The notes under the pieces: model-generated
Databases searched by the model: none
What the model was told of the DNA's origin: nothing
The model's input: only the letters and a program-made list of their open reading frames with translations
Position numbers and translations under genes: made by a program
Shown here: positions 46,727 to 60,530 of the stretch, piece after piece
Layout: the number at the start of each line of letters is the position of its first letter
Position numbering within the stretch: the stretch's first letter is position 1
Origin: the human T2T-CHM13v2.0 reference genome, Homo sapiens
Strand: one strand, 5' to 3'
Assembly (NCBI RefSeq): GCF_009914755.1
Contig: NC_060931.1
DNA: 64,000 nucleotides

Positions 46727-47226
46727 TGTGATGGTTAATACTGAGTGTCAACTTGATTGGATTGAAGGATACAAAGTATTGATCCTGAGTGTGTCTGTGA
46801 GGGTGTTGCCAAAAGAAATTAACATTTGAGTCAGTGGGCGGGGGAAGGCAGATCCACCCTTAATCTGGTGGGCACAATCTAATCAGCTGCCAGCGAATAT
46901 AAAGCAGGTAGAAAAACGTGAAAAGGAAAGAGGGGCCTAGCCTCCTAACTTACATCTTTCTCCCATGCTGGATGCTTCCTGCCCTCAAACATCGGACTCC
47001 ACATTCTTCAGTTCTGGGACTCAGACTGGCTCTTCTTGCTCCTCTGCTTGCAGACAGCCTGTTGTGGAACCTTGTGATCAGGTGAGTTAATACTTAATAA
47101 ACTCCCCTTTATCTATATCTATATCTGCATCTATATTTATATCTATATCTATATCTATATCTATCTGTATCTCTATCTGTATCCTATTAGTTCTGTCCCT
47201 CTAGAGAACCCTGATTAGTATTAGTC
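46727..47226 (+). mobile_element. MLT2A ERVL solo LTR containing an (ATCTAT)n tract
   Basis: TGTGATGGTTAATACTGAGTGTCAACTTGATTGGATTGAAGGA...TCTAGAGAACCCTGA; TSD ACCAC at 46722-46726 and 47227-47231. Confidence 0.96.
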
Positions 47227-48449
47227 ACCACCCTTGGGCACAGAGGCCATCTGGCCAGTTTGAGTGGTCCTGACAAAGGGCACCTCTTCCCCTGCAGGAC
47301 TCAGCATTGGAGCCCTGCCTGAGGGGGAGGGAAAAGGTACCTCTCCATTTCCTTCCATATTATGACTCTCAAGTTCCAGCAGCCTTTCTTGTGGACACTC
47401 CTGCCACACTGGTCTTTTCTCTGGGAAGCTGTGCCTGACATTCTCAATGAGGTCCTGATTCCTGCATAAAAACCCAGCGAACAACTGCGGGAGGTGACTC
47501 TCCACCAATAGTATTTGCTAACATCACCTGCCAATTCTGCATCTCAATGCTCAGAGACGATTCCTAAAACTGTGGAAGCCATGGTGATGGGCGTGTCTTG
47601 CTTATTTTCCTCCGTCACTCACCTTCTACTGGTTGGCTCTAATAATATTTAGCAGCTACTCAACAGTCCAAATTCCAATTCAAAAAAGAAACTCACTACC
47701 TTACCATGGCAATCAACAATAAACATTTCCAATATTAGCATCATCCATGATCATCTATGAGTATTTGCTGACTGCTTACTACGTGATAGTTTCTGCTAAG
47801 AAAAACACACTAAAGCTTGATGCTAAGATCCAGAATCAAAGGTTTTGTTAGAATGGAAATATATTCCACAATAACTGTGCTTCCAGGTGGCCTATACTCC
47901 TCATCATAGATACAGTTAAGATTCTTGCAGTTCCCACCCTTTTCATAGAAGTAGGTGTTTCTAATAAGCGACTGTTACAGCTATTATATGCTGAAGTCAT
48001 GCAGGAAAATTACCCAGGTCTATATTTCCTCCTGAGCACATGTCATAAGATTGTTGAACTAGCCCCAAACATGCAGTATCTGCGGAGGTTAATAGAATAT
48101 TTTCTCTATAAAATTGAGGTCATAGCTCTTGCCTCTCACAAGCTTTGTTTTCTTGTGCAAAACTGTCATGACTTGCAGATGTGTACTACTAAAAATAATA
48201 ATTATAGACAAGTAATGGTCATTATTTTACATAAAATTAATGATTTAATGCAAGTGAATATAGAAGAAACATTTTAGTAGGAGATTTGTGTTCCAGAGAT
48301 GATGTAAACCTTCTGGCTTCTGTGGGCCATCTTGGGTAAGTCACCGGGCTTCTCTCAGCCACTTTTTTCATATTCAGATCTTTACTGTCTATTCGCTCAT
48401 AATTCTCAAATATGTATCTCAAACCAAGACATTTCTGAGAATGAGACTA

Positions 48450-48804
48450 AGTGTTTTTTTCAGGTTGGGCTGGAAAATCCATTTCTCACGGTTCCAAAGG
48501 CTGGGAAGCCAGGGTCAAGGTCCTGCAGATCCAGTGTCTGGCGAAGCCCTTCTTCCGGGTTTGGAAATGGCTGCCTTCTCCTTCTATCCTCACACGGCAG
48601 AGAGAGAAAGAGACTGTGAGAAACAGAGGAAGTACTCCAGGGAGTTCTGCAATGTCTTCTAAAAGGATGCTAATCACATCATGGGGGCTCCATCTTTGTG
48701 ACCTAATCACTTCCCAAAGGCCCCACATCCTAATACCGTCACATGGGAAGTGAGGGTTTCAACATGTGAATTTGTGAGGGGACACAAACATTCAGTCCAT
48801 GGCA
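48450..48804 (-). mobile_element. MLT1A-type MaLR LTR
   Basis: TTTCTCACGGTTCCAAAGGCTGGGAAG...GACCTAATCACTTCCCAAAGGCCCCAC...GACACAAACATTCAGTCCATGGCA. Confidence 0.9.
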
Positions 48805-49586
48805 CTAACATACCCAACACCAGAATCTGAGTGGAGAGTTTCATCTGGGTGATATCCCTTCAGTTTGTGTAAAGCCCTGAACTCCACCTCGTCTTTCTCA
48901 GCTGCTTTTCCTGTTTTCTCTGCCATGGTGATGCTGCTGCCTTCCACTCAAGTTATGAGAAGACAGGGTCCCACAGTTTACCATCTGCTTCTGTCACCCG
49001 TCTTGAGTTGGTCACAAATTCCTACTGATGATACCACACAAAGGACTCCTGGGCATGTCGTCTCCTCTCTTGAAAACATAGGGTCTTAGTCCAGGTCTTC
49101 ATTTATGCATTCGTCCAACATTTCCTGTTTTACTTTCTTTCATGGTGTTCTCCATGGTGGTGATTAAATAAGCTTCCTAAAATACAGAAAAAATAATGTC
49201 ATTATTTGCTTAAAAACTCCCCATTTCTTCTCCATTGCTCATTTTTTAAATAACACATTTTTGTTATTGTGGCAGGATACGCATAACAAAATGACCATTC
49301 TGAGTGCACAGTTCTGGGGTACTGAGTCCATTCACATGGTTGTGCAACCATCACCACCACTCATCTCTAGAATGCTTTCCATCCTTCAAAACCGAAACTT
49401 CGTACTCATTAAACAATTCCCCACTTCTCTCTCCCCTCAGAACCTGGCAACCACCATTTAACTTTTTGTCTCTGTGAGTTTGACTATTCTGGATATCTCA
49501 TATAAGTGGAGTCACACGTTGTCTTTTTGTGACTGGTTTATTTCACTTGGTTTAATGTCTTAAGGTTCATCCCTGTTGTGGCACAT

Positions 49587-49976
49587 TGCTGTGATTTGAA
49601 TGGGTCACCTTGAAAATCCAGGTGTTATCAATGTGGTACTATTAAGAGGTGGGGGTTTTAGGTGGTGATTAGATCAAGAGAGCTCTTCCATCATGAGTGA
49701 GATTAGGTGCCCTTATAAAAGGACTTCATGAAGGAGTTTGTCCCCCTTTTGCCCTTCTTCCTTTTGCCATGTAAGAACACAGTGCTCCTCCCTTCTGGAG
49801 GCTGCAGCAATAAGGCCTCCTCTTGGAAGTAGAGAGCCACCCTGAACCAGATGCTGAATCTGCTGGCATCTTGATCTTGGACTTATAGCTCCCAGAACTA
49901 TAAGAAATAAATTTCTGTTCATTAATAATTACCAGTTTTTGGTATTTTGTCATAGCAGCGCAAGCAGACCAAGACA
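49587..49976 (+). mobile_element. MaLR solo LTR (MSTD/MLT1A1-like)
   Basis: TGCTGTGATTTGAATG...CCAGAACTATAAGAAATAAATTTCTG...CAGACCAAGACA; TSD CACAT/CATAT. Confidence 0.92.
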
Positions 49977-51338
49977 CATATATAAGGATTTCTTCCTTTT
50001 GATGGGTGAATAATATTCCATTGTATGTGTAGAGTACATTTCAATTATTCTATCATCCATAGGTGGACCTGAGAGGTTGCTTCCATATTTTGACTATTGC
50101 AAATAATGCTGCTATGAACATGAGTATACAGATATTTGGGTCCGTGCTTTCATTCCTCTTGGGTATATACCTAGAAGTAGAATTTCTGGATTGTATGGTA
50201 ATTCTATATTTAATATTTTCAAGAACTGCCACGCTGTTTTCCGCAGCTGCTGCACCAGTTTACCTTCCCACCAACAGTGCTCAAGGGTTTCAATTTCTCT
50301 ACATTCTTGCTAACACTTGTTATTTTCTGTTACTTATTTAGTTTTTTATTTTTGATAATAGTCTAATGAGTGTGAGGTTGTATCTCATCGTGGTTTGATT
50401 TCCATTTTCCATTATAACTAGTGATGTTGAAGATCTTTTCGGGTAGTTACTGGTCATTTGTATATCTGTCTTGGAGAAATATCTATTCAAGTCCTTTGCC
50501 CATTTTTCGGATAAGTTTTTTTTGTAATTGAGCTTTAGGAATTCTCTATATATTCTAGATATTAAGCTTTTATCAGATATGAGATTGTCAAATATTTTCT
50601 CCAATTCTGTGAATTGCCTTTTTACTTTGTTAATAGGGTCTTTTGATGCATAAAATTTTAAAATTTTTATGAAATCCAATTTCTAATTTTTCTTTATTGC
50701 CTGTGTCTTTAGTGTCATACCCAAGAAATCATTACCAAATCTAATGTCATGAAGATTTTATCCTATGTTTTCTTTTAAGAGTTTTATAGTTTTAGCCCTT
50801 ATATGTAGATCTTTGATCCATTTTGAGTTGATTTTTATATATGGCACCACTTTTATATCTGGTGCCCACATTAATTTTGCATTTGGGTATCCAGTTTTCC
50901 CAGGACCATTTTGTTAAAAAGAGGTGAATCTTCTTTCCACATTGAATGGTCTTGGCACTCTTGCTGAAAATCATTTGACTATATACACAAGGGTTTATTT
51001 CTGGGCTCTCTGTTTTGTTCCATTCGTCTACATGTCTTAAGGGACACTTAATGTCTTAATTTGGATACTGTCTTAATACCAGTACAACACAGTTTTGATT
51101 CCTGTAGCTTTGTAGTAAGTTTTGAAATCAGCATACATGAGTCCTCCAGCTTTTTTTTTTTTGAATCAAGATTTACTTGGCTGCTTGAGACCCCTTGGGA
51201 TTCTATATACATTTTAGGATGGGTTTTTCTATTTCTACCAAAACTTGTGATTTTGTTAGTGACTGCATTAAATTTCTCAATCACTTTGGGTTATATTGAC
51301 ATCTTAACAATATTGAGTGGTCCAATCTATGAACATGA

Positions 51339-51689
<351 letters not shown>

Positions 51690-54600
51690 TAGAATTTTTA
51701 TCATACACATCATTAACTTCTTTAGTTAAGTTAATATGAGTATTTTATTTTTGATGCTCTTGGAAATTGAATTGTTTTCTTAATTTTATTTTCAGATTGT
51801 TCATTGTTATGTATAGAAATCCAACTGATTTTTGCATATCCATTTGTAATCCTATTTCACTGCTAAATTTGTTTATTAGTTCTAGCAGGTATTTTGTAAA
51901 AGCTTTAGGGTTTTCTATATATATGATCATGTCATCTGTGAGCAGAGGTAATTTGACTTTTTCCTTTCCAAATTTGGATGTATTTTATTTCTTTTTTCTT
52001 GTCTGATTGCTTTGGCTAAAACTTCTAGTACTATGATGAACATATGTCATGAAAGTGGGCATTTTTTCCTTTTTCTCTAGCTTAGATGAAAAGATTTCAG
52101 TCATTCACTATTGAGTATGTTTGCTGTGGGCTTTTTATGTGTTATGTCTATTATGTTAAAGTAGTTTTTCTTTTTTTTCTAGTTGTTGAGTGTTTTTATC
52201 ATGAAAGGATGTGGATTTTTGTCAAATGCTTTTTCTGCATCAGTTGTGATAATCAGTTCCTCCTTCAATTTTGTTAATGGGGTATATTACATTGATTGAT
52301 TTTCATATGTTGAAACATTCTTACAAATATCACTTGTCATGGGTTATAATCTCTTTAATGTGCTGTTGAATTTGGTTTGTAGTATTTTGTTGAGAATTAT
52401 TGCATCAATATTCATAAGAGATATTAGTCTGTAGTCTTTGTCTGCCTGTGTTTTCAGAGTCATGCTGGCCTCATGGAGTTAGGAAATGATCTTTCCTCTC
52501 AATTTTTTGGAAAAGTTTGCAAGGGTTTGGTATTAGTTCTTTGTGAAATGTTTGGTAGAACTCACCAGTGGAGCCATCAGGTCTGGGGCTTTATTTTGTT
52601 AGATGTTGATTCTTTATTTAATCTCTATATTAGTTATGGACTTCTATTTCTTCATAATTAAATCTTGGCCAGTTTTGTGTCACTAGTGATTTATCCATTT
52701 CATTTAGGTTACCCAACTGATTAGTGTACATATGTTCACAGTACTCTTATAACCTTTTTTTTTTGTTTGTTTTTGTTTTTGCTGTACCATTGGTAGGGAT
52801 GTTCCCACTTTCATTTCTGATTTCAGTAATGTTAGCCTTCTCCTTTTCTTAGTCCATTTAGCTAAAGATTTGTCCATTGTTGTGAATTTTTTTCAAAACA
52901 ACTATTGGTTTTGTTGATTTTCTCTATTGTTCTTCATTTTCTATTTCATTTATCTCTGTTCCAATTTTTATTTTTTCCCTCCTACTGGCTTTGGCTTTAG
53001 TTTGTTCTTTATCAGTTAAATTGTTGATTTGAGATCTTTCTTCTTTTTTAATGTAATGGTTTATAACTGTAAATCTCCCCCTTCCCTTTCCTTTCATTGC
53101 ATCTCACAGTTTTAGTAGGTTGTGTTTTTCACTATTATTGTCTTGTCTCAAGATATTTTATTTCCATTTTGATTTTTCTTTGATCCACTGGCTTTTTGAA
53201 AGTGTACTTTTAATTTCCACAAATTTATAAATTTTCTGGTTTTCTTCTGTTATTGATTTCTAACTTTATCCTGTTGTCATTGGAGAAGATACTTTGCATG
53301 ATATCTATTTTTAAAAATACATTGATACTTAACCTGTGGCCTAACATATGGTCTATCCTGGAGAATGATCCACATGCAATTGAATGTACTTTCTGTTGTT
53401 GTTGAGTGGAATGTTCTACATATGTCTGTTAGATTTCATTGATTTATCCCTTTATTGCTTTTTTCCATACTTTCTAAACTGTATATTATAGTATTCAAGT
53501 CCTTTTGTAGTCAGCTTCATAACAAGGTTTTCTGAGACTCATATCTCACTAAACCCAAGCTCATTTTATGTGATAGTCACATGGAATCAGTTGCCGGCCT
53601 GCACGCAACATGCCTTTTCATCCGTTATTGTCTCTACCCACAGTATCCTTACTTCATTCTCTACTCAGAACTTCCAATGCTTCTTTCAAGACTCAGAACA
53701 AAAGAGGGAGAATGTGTAGACCTCTACAGGCTTCTTTGGATTCCCTTCCTCAGCTCCTTTCGCACTCTGTGTCACCTACCTTATGTGTGTATCACACTGG
53801 ATTGTAAATGTTTGAAATGTCCATACCTTTTAGACCTAAAAAAATTCTCAGTGCCAATACTAAATTGGCTACATAATTAGAAAAGATTCATTTTCTGAAC
53901 TGAATTACAGAATTTGGCAGCCATTTCATGGTTAGCTCCCTAAATGGCCACCCTCAATTGGTGAAAACTTCCAAGGTAGAGACAGTACTCAATCAATAGA
54001 ATTCTCATTGTTTCTTCTCTGTCCACAGCTCCCCACAGCCCTTATAACACAAGGCAGACACTAAATCACTGCATAAAAGTGGAAAGAATCAAAGGCTGAA
54101 TCTCCATCCTGTTATCTTCTCTACTCAAAGCTTCTGTGGACATGCACGTGTGTCTTCTGGTTTTCCTGCCCCCTTGATGAAGGACAAATGGTGTTTCCAT
54201 TGCTCATTGTGTTCAAGGAAGGAGGGCTTAGTTCTGCGAGTTTCTGGGGTTTAATTTGATGAATTCATCTGCTCATTGCTTACTGATTAGAAATTTCTGT
54301 CACATTGTAGGATAGCAGAGAGTTCAAGATTATTGGGACTATGAGCATATCATTTTTGTTCCATTTAAATTGCTATGAAATGGAACATTAAGCTTGGCAT
54401 AGATCACGTTTCAATATCATTCTTAGCTGTCTGAAACTTGCATAATTAACCATCGTAAAATTTGGTCAGCTATATAATCAGTCAGCTGCAAAAGGACACC
54501 ACGAGCAAGGGAGCATCATTGGAGCCATGGCATATATTGTATGCTGTGGACAAATACTACTTAACATAAGAAAGCACACATATGTGCAGGACAATCTTAC

Positions 54601-55189
54601 TTCATTGTCTCACAGGACAAACCCAACTGCTCTTCAAAACGGGTCAAGGAAAGCAAGATGGAGGAGTGCCACAAGATTATACTTATGGGAAGAGACTGGG
54701 CATGTTCAGGGTGGTATGGGTATGGACAAGACTATATTTTTCATGAGTTAGTGTTGATGATGCATGTGCTGCCAATCTTTCTCTCCCTCCTTGGGGCTCA
54801 GATTCCAAAAGGTATACATGACCGATTTTGATATTCATGCTAGCTACTTTCTGGTAAAATATGGTGAGAAGCAGGGAGCCAGCTGGAAGTTTTCATTGAT
54901 TTGGAATTATCTGTAGTATCAAAAAGACAGAATCCAGATGTGCCTGTCATTGTTTAATTGGTCTTTCCTCTTTTGTTCTCCTTATACCGTCCCCTGCCAT
55001 GAGTCTTATCTCTATTTCTGTTACATGAGGGAGCATCCTAGCTTCCATGATGTCCTTTCCTTTCCCTCCTTTCAGTAGGTTTGCAGCTTAGTTAGGGTCA
55101 ATCCCTGCTTCTGATTTTCATGTGACATGGAAACTCTGAATAAGAAGCCCTAGTAAAACTTGGCTCTTGTGATAACTCACAACATTACA

Positions 55190-55688
55190 TGTGTGTTATG
55201 TCCTGCGGCCTGGATACTTCTTGCTATCTACTCTACATAAATGTGAAGCTTAGCAAGTAAAGCAACAGCAGCTTGTTATTTCTCAGGATTTTGTGGGTTT
55301 GCTGAGCTGAGCTGAGCAGATCTTCTGCTCCACTTGGTGTCAGCTGGGATTGCTCTTGCGTCCACCTTCAGCTGAAGGCCTGGTTGGGTCTGGCACTTTC
55401 AGAACAGCCTCTCTCACATGCCTAGCCATTGGTGTTGTGTAAGAGCTCACTCTTAACAGTTTCTACTTGCTTCCTTAGACAGTAGTGACAGGGGCCCAAG
55501 AGAGTAAAAGCAAATGCTTTCAGTCCTGTTAAGGGCTAGACCTAAAACCTGCACCTGTCCAACAACTCACAAGTTCAACCCCTATGTAAACGAATGGAAA
55601 ATAAACATAATTCCTTGACAAAGGAGGAGCATTCACACACAGAGGAGGGAGCAGTTGTTGGAGCCCATCTTCAAAGACCACTGACCAC
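55190..55688 (-). mobile_element. Old MLT1 (I/J-like) MaLR LTR
   Basis: TTATTTCTCAGGATTTTGTGGGTT..GCTGAGCAGATCTTCTGCTCCAC..GCCCATCTTCAAAGAC..ACCACA. Confidence 0.7.
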
Positions 55689-57482
55689 ACTCCGGTTCAG
55701 TTCAGACTTCTCACAAACACCCTTACAGGGTCCTGTGGACCACTAATCCCAGGATGCGAATTAGAAAGGGAAGAGTGTTAGGGCTGGCTGTGTACGAAGC
55801 CTTCACATGCTTCACACCCAAAAACTCAGGATGAGGTTGAGCCCCTCTTCCTTGAGCTGCCACCCTGCCAGATGTTGCTTCCATTGCAACATGAACAACA
55901 CTAATTGCAAAGAGTTTACTGGGATATTTTTTGAAAGAGGACCTAGTTTTCACTTTGATTAAACTTCTTATCCCAAACCACAGGTTTTCCCTTTATCAAG
56001 AAGACCTGAAGCAAAGAGAGGGTGGTGATCTGTCCAGGTAAGGAAGCTGCTCTTACCTTACAACTTTCGTGGTATTGCTTGGCCCTTCTAGTCATCAGAA
56101 ACGCTCTTTGCTTAGGTAAGTTGTCCAGTTTCTCTTGGCCTCTTTTCTCATGTATAAAATCAAGAAATTTGACTTATATCCTGCAAAACTATGAAAAACT
56201 CATTTTATTTTCCAGGTTTCACCTTAACACCGTAGTCAATCAACTGGATGTTTTTGTTCAAAGTCTTCATCCAGCTAACTTTGACCTCAATAGAGAAACA
56301 TGGGAGATGACTGGCTGAATAGTTTATTTTTCCCACAAATGCTTTAGCATTATATAGACATGGATGTAGTGTGTCCTCAGGCATCATAAGGAACTGACAA
56401 TTTTTGGTTTTGAAAAATGAACTAAACTTGTCCCGATAATTTTGCCTGGCACTGCAACTCAATGAATAATTCAGCTAATTTACACCACAGTCATTTGTAC
56501 ATTATGAGTGTACACGCTTTGAAAGTATTTCTGTACCTTTGTCATATTGCCTATTAAATGTGTTCTGAAAATAGATACCATGTGTGAATGTAAGTCCTTG
56601 TTTAAAGAGTATGTGAATTGACACCGTGGGACCTCGTGAACAATCTTTGCCACTTCTACAGATTATTTTTATATGGCGATGGCTAGGAAACAGACTCTCC
56701 TTTTTAAAGGTTTTGAGAACAAACTTCTCTCAAGTTGAATATATATGTCTGGACAAGAATAAGTTTCTTGGTTCTACAGTACTGTTAAACTTTGTACTTA
56801 TGTCTTTATAATCTATCAACTGTTTAAAATTTTTAGGGTTAGTTTAATAAACATCCTTGAAGTGTTCACACTAGTTAAGGAATTCTGTCAGCTGCTCCCT
56901 CCTGGGGGTGAGAGTGAGTGGGAGAAGGTGGTGGCAGAGAAAGGAGAGGCATTGCTGACTCCAGCCCGGAGCTCAGGGTCCTGTTGATTACTTTCTATTT
57001 CTCTGTCCCAGGGCGTCTGACACAGAGAAAGTGCATAAGATGCAGGAATGAATCACTGAGTGCCTGGGCTTTCTTATCAGAACCTGTACAATTGGCACAA
57101 GTACAGAACTAGTTTCTCCTTGGACATGTTGCCTACTATGTACACACATGTCAAATATTTTGTTCAAAATGTTTTTTCTTTTCCATGCTGTCATTTAGTA
57201 TTGAAAATTAACATCTGTGTCATATTGTAGGTGACATGTAACATTTTTGTTTTGCATCTATATTTTCTACATTATATGTGATTATTTTGCAATAAAAATG
57301 TGATTGACATATTCACCAAAATTATCCTGACATCAACTAGCAAACATGCCTGCTGATATGTGGCCCCAATCTGTGTCATGTTCTCCGTAGCCAGTATCTA
57401 CAGCAAGGTTTTCATAGAGATTTTCTAAGTTGCTTTTTTATAGGCTGCTATTTTTTCTGACTTTGATCTTTATTTATTGGTA

Positions 57483-57718
57483 CAAATTGTCCCTGACTTA
57501 CCATGGCTGGACTTACAATTTTTCAACTTTACTAAGAGTTTATTGGAAGGTAACGCCATCGTAAGTCAGGGAGCATATGTACCACAATTGGTTCAGCTTA
57601 CTATTATTTGACTCTACAATGGCTTCATTGAAGTATTGAATGCATCTTTAACACACTTCATTTTCTTCTTATGGTGGGTTTATGGGATGTAACCCATTCA
57701 GAAGTTGAGGAGCATCCA
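57483..57718. mobile_element. MER47 (Tigger5-family) MITEs: complete 97-bp unit at 57483-57579 plus an adjacent longer partial unit
   Basis: TIRs CAAATTGTCCCTGACTTACCATGG / CCATCGTAAGTCAGGGAGCATATG with TA on both sides; second right end GGATGTAACCCATTCAGAAGTTGAGGAGCATC. Confidence 0.82.
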
Positions 57719-60374
57719 TATATCTAAGGTGTTCTTACTCATGGGAATATGCTCGTCACTGTGCAGCCCCTTCATAGAGTTCCAACAAACTATCCACAAT
57801 GCAATTTTAATACTGTTTTCAGAATTATTTTGTATATCTGGACATAAGTCAATTTTCACAGAAAGAACATTTAGATTATCATAAATTGGGCCTTTTCGTA
57901 TTTAATTTCATACAGAAAACATAATGCATTGCAATAAACTTGCATCTTAAAATCACAAAAGGCCATATTCTCAACCCCCTTTTCTCTTTTATTTAGGTCA
58001 GATTCCTATCAGTGTGGCTTATGTAATAAAATCTGTTGTTGCCACAGTCCTATGTCACTCTTTCCAATAACCTACAGCCCATCAGTCTCTCTGAGAAGGC
58101 TGCCCTGTAGCAAATCATTAAATCCTTTCAAGAACCAAGAAAACATGGAAAATAAATGCAAAAGGAGAAGATAGCTTAACTCAGGCTGGTGTTTGCATGA
58201 TCATGGAAACTCATGTTATGTTGTTTGGAATTTTGAACAGGGAAGTTGGAGGATGGAAACGTGCAATCCTCTTAGATGGTGAAACTAACTTGTATCAGGA
58301 ATTTATACCAGGTGCGGCATTGAACTGAGCTGGATTTCCATACAACAACCTGGGAAGTGAGCCTGCCAAGAGGATGAACACCTAGATAATGGACCTACAG
58401 TTCACTCAGACTCAAAATAAGGATTTAGGCGAGTGTTGTGTTGCTACTATTTGTTTTCAGTTACTCCCACAAATGGACAGGTAACCACTCAGCTAGAGAT
58501 CCTAGGGTGGCTGAGAAGGACGAGGAAGGCACAAAAATCCCTGTGGGGATGGCCAAAAGAGTTTTCCCATGGGCTCTTACACTGAGAACTTTACTCCTTT
58601 ATAGTCTGAACAGCAGACAGCTCAGAGGTCAAAGGAAACTGCCCCTTCTGTGGAAAGGACTCCATGCATGTGTCTTTGTGCCTCTTCCTGGTCCTTCATC
58701 TCTGTCTGTGGGTACCTTTCTTTCCATCACAATCATCCTCTGGATCACATACTACACAGGACTCATAAGGGTGCAGAGGGTCAGGGATGCTGGAAATGTC
58801 ACCCAACAGCAAGGTGATAGAGTTCCGGACAGAATTTGAATGGTACTTTCTATGGCTCATGTCTCTCGGTTTTCTGCAGTCCTTGCTGAGTTTCTTAATC
58901 CAGTGTCTGGAGACCTCCAAGGTCAAATGCATGCACATTTAAATTTAAATTCTAGGTGTAAATAAAGGTAATTTCTAGATTTGCTTCCATCTTGATTTTC
59001 CATGTCATAGTTCTATTCAATTAGCATAAGTAACTCAGAGGTGACAGTCATGTAGAGAATGTACTGATGGGTGATTTTGATTTTTGTTATTTTCCTACAG
59101 TGTTAAAGACCTGGAAGCTTTTTAATAATAGTAAAAAGTGCGCAACCAAAAATTATTGTGTTTTTTTTTTTTGAGAAATGATGCCATTATTTCACATGAA
59201 TGCTCTACTTAAAAATAGAGGTAGAGAATCCAGGGAAAAAAAGACCCAGGAAGGTAACCTTTAATTTGAAATTGGATGCATTGTGATACTTGTGCTGTAA
59301 AAATCTGATGGTATATTAATGTCCTCACATATATTATCTGAAATTGTACCTTTCCGTTATAATGGCTGTTCCAATAACATAATAGCCACTCACCTGTAAT
59401 TATAAGTTTTCAAAGCCTGAAATGATTCCAGTTGTTTTCTCTGTACTTTTCATGTACAATGGCTTTGTGCAGCTACAAGTTCCAAAAGGCTTATTTCAAC
59501 TTTCTCTGTTTCCATCTGTTGTATCATGTTGCAGTTTAAATTAGAGTTGGGTGCATACAGAACCCTGGGGAGAGTACCAAGGGCGTTTTCCAGATGAAAC
59601 TTCAACCTTGAAGACGTCAGTGACGTGTGTCAGCCACCCCAGCACTCACCTACACACATCGAAGTCCCATTTTCCTTTTTAATGGATTTAGCTCAAATCC
59701 TGTGCTTCTGTGTCTCATAATGAAATATCCCCAGGCCAGCCCTCATTTGAGCCCATGAACAGCCCCTTAGAAGGGGGCAGCTTCTGTGGGTAGGGAAGTG
59801 AGCTCAATAACAACGTCTTCGCCAGGCTGGAAGGTTTCCCTCTTCCCAGAGCACATGTCAGAAAAAAGATGGGAAGGAGTCTTTATCAGTTTCATAACCC
59901 TTTTCCTCCTTCACCTGATTTCTGCATATGCCCCCAATTCTGCAACAGGAAAAAGTGGACATTCCAGAAGAATCCTGGAGAGAAAAATGGGAAGGGAGCT
60001 CTGTCCAGGTACCAGAAACTCTCCCCAGGAGGTCTCTTGGGGCTCAAGCAGCTTCCTGAGTATCCCCAGTAAAGTCGTATGAAGTGATGTGGGGCAGGTT
60101 GAGGGCTGGAAGGAGGGCAGACAGGACTTTTTTGGTGTGATTAGGTGCGATGAAAAGGTTTAGCTTGTGGCACTAGCATGAGACAACAAGTATTGTTTCC
60201 CTGTCCTACTGAGAGTGGGTAATATGCATATGGGTGTGCAGGCACACACACTGCACATACATGCACTCACACACAATCACACATGCATGCACACAGGTGC
60301 TGAATATTCCATGTAGCTAAGTTCAGCTGGAGCTACAACCAAGGACTCATTCCCTTTTGACTGTCTCTCTTGAC

Positions 60375-60530
60375 TACAGTGTCAGATATGGGGTTTGATT
60401 CTGCACTTAGCTGGAGGGATGGCTCTGGGTACTTCTTTACTGAGCCCCAGTTTCCTTCATGTAAAATAAGATGATGATCCCTACTTTGTAGTGTAGGGAC
60501 ACGGTCTAACAGTGCACACTCAATATCAGC
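60375..60530 (+). mobile_element. MIR
   Basis: GTCAGATATGGGGTTTGATTCTG...CTGAGCCCCAGTTTCCTTCATGTAAAATAAG. Confidence 0.7.

Noticed and set aside
48280-48345. Possible 39-nt plus-strand exon (TTCCAG...TGG|GTAAGT)
   Set aside because: Weak polypyrimidine tract and unrecognised peptide; indistinguishable from background pseudoexons. The same applies to acceptor-like sites near 15395, 25567, 26642 and 59100.
58438-58839. 133-aa ORF and other 60-150-aa ORFs in unique DNA
   Set aside because: Mostly GTG/TTG starts, no recognisable domain or coding-like composition; expected by chance.
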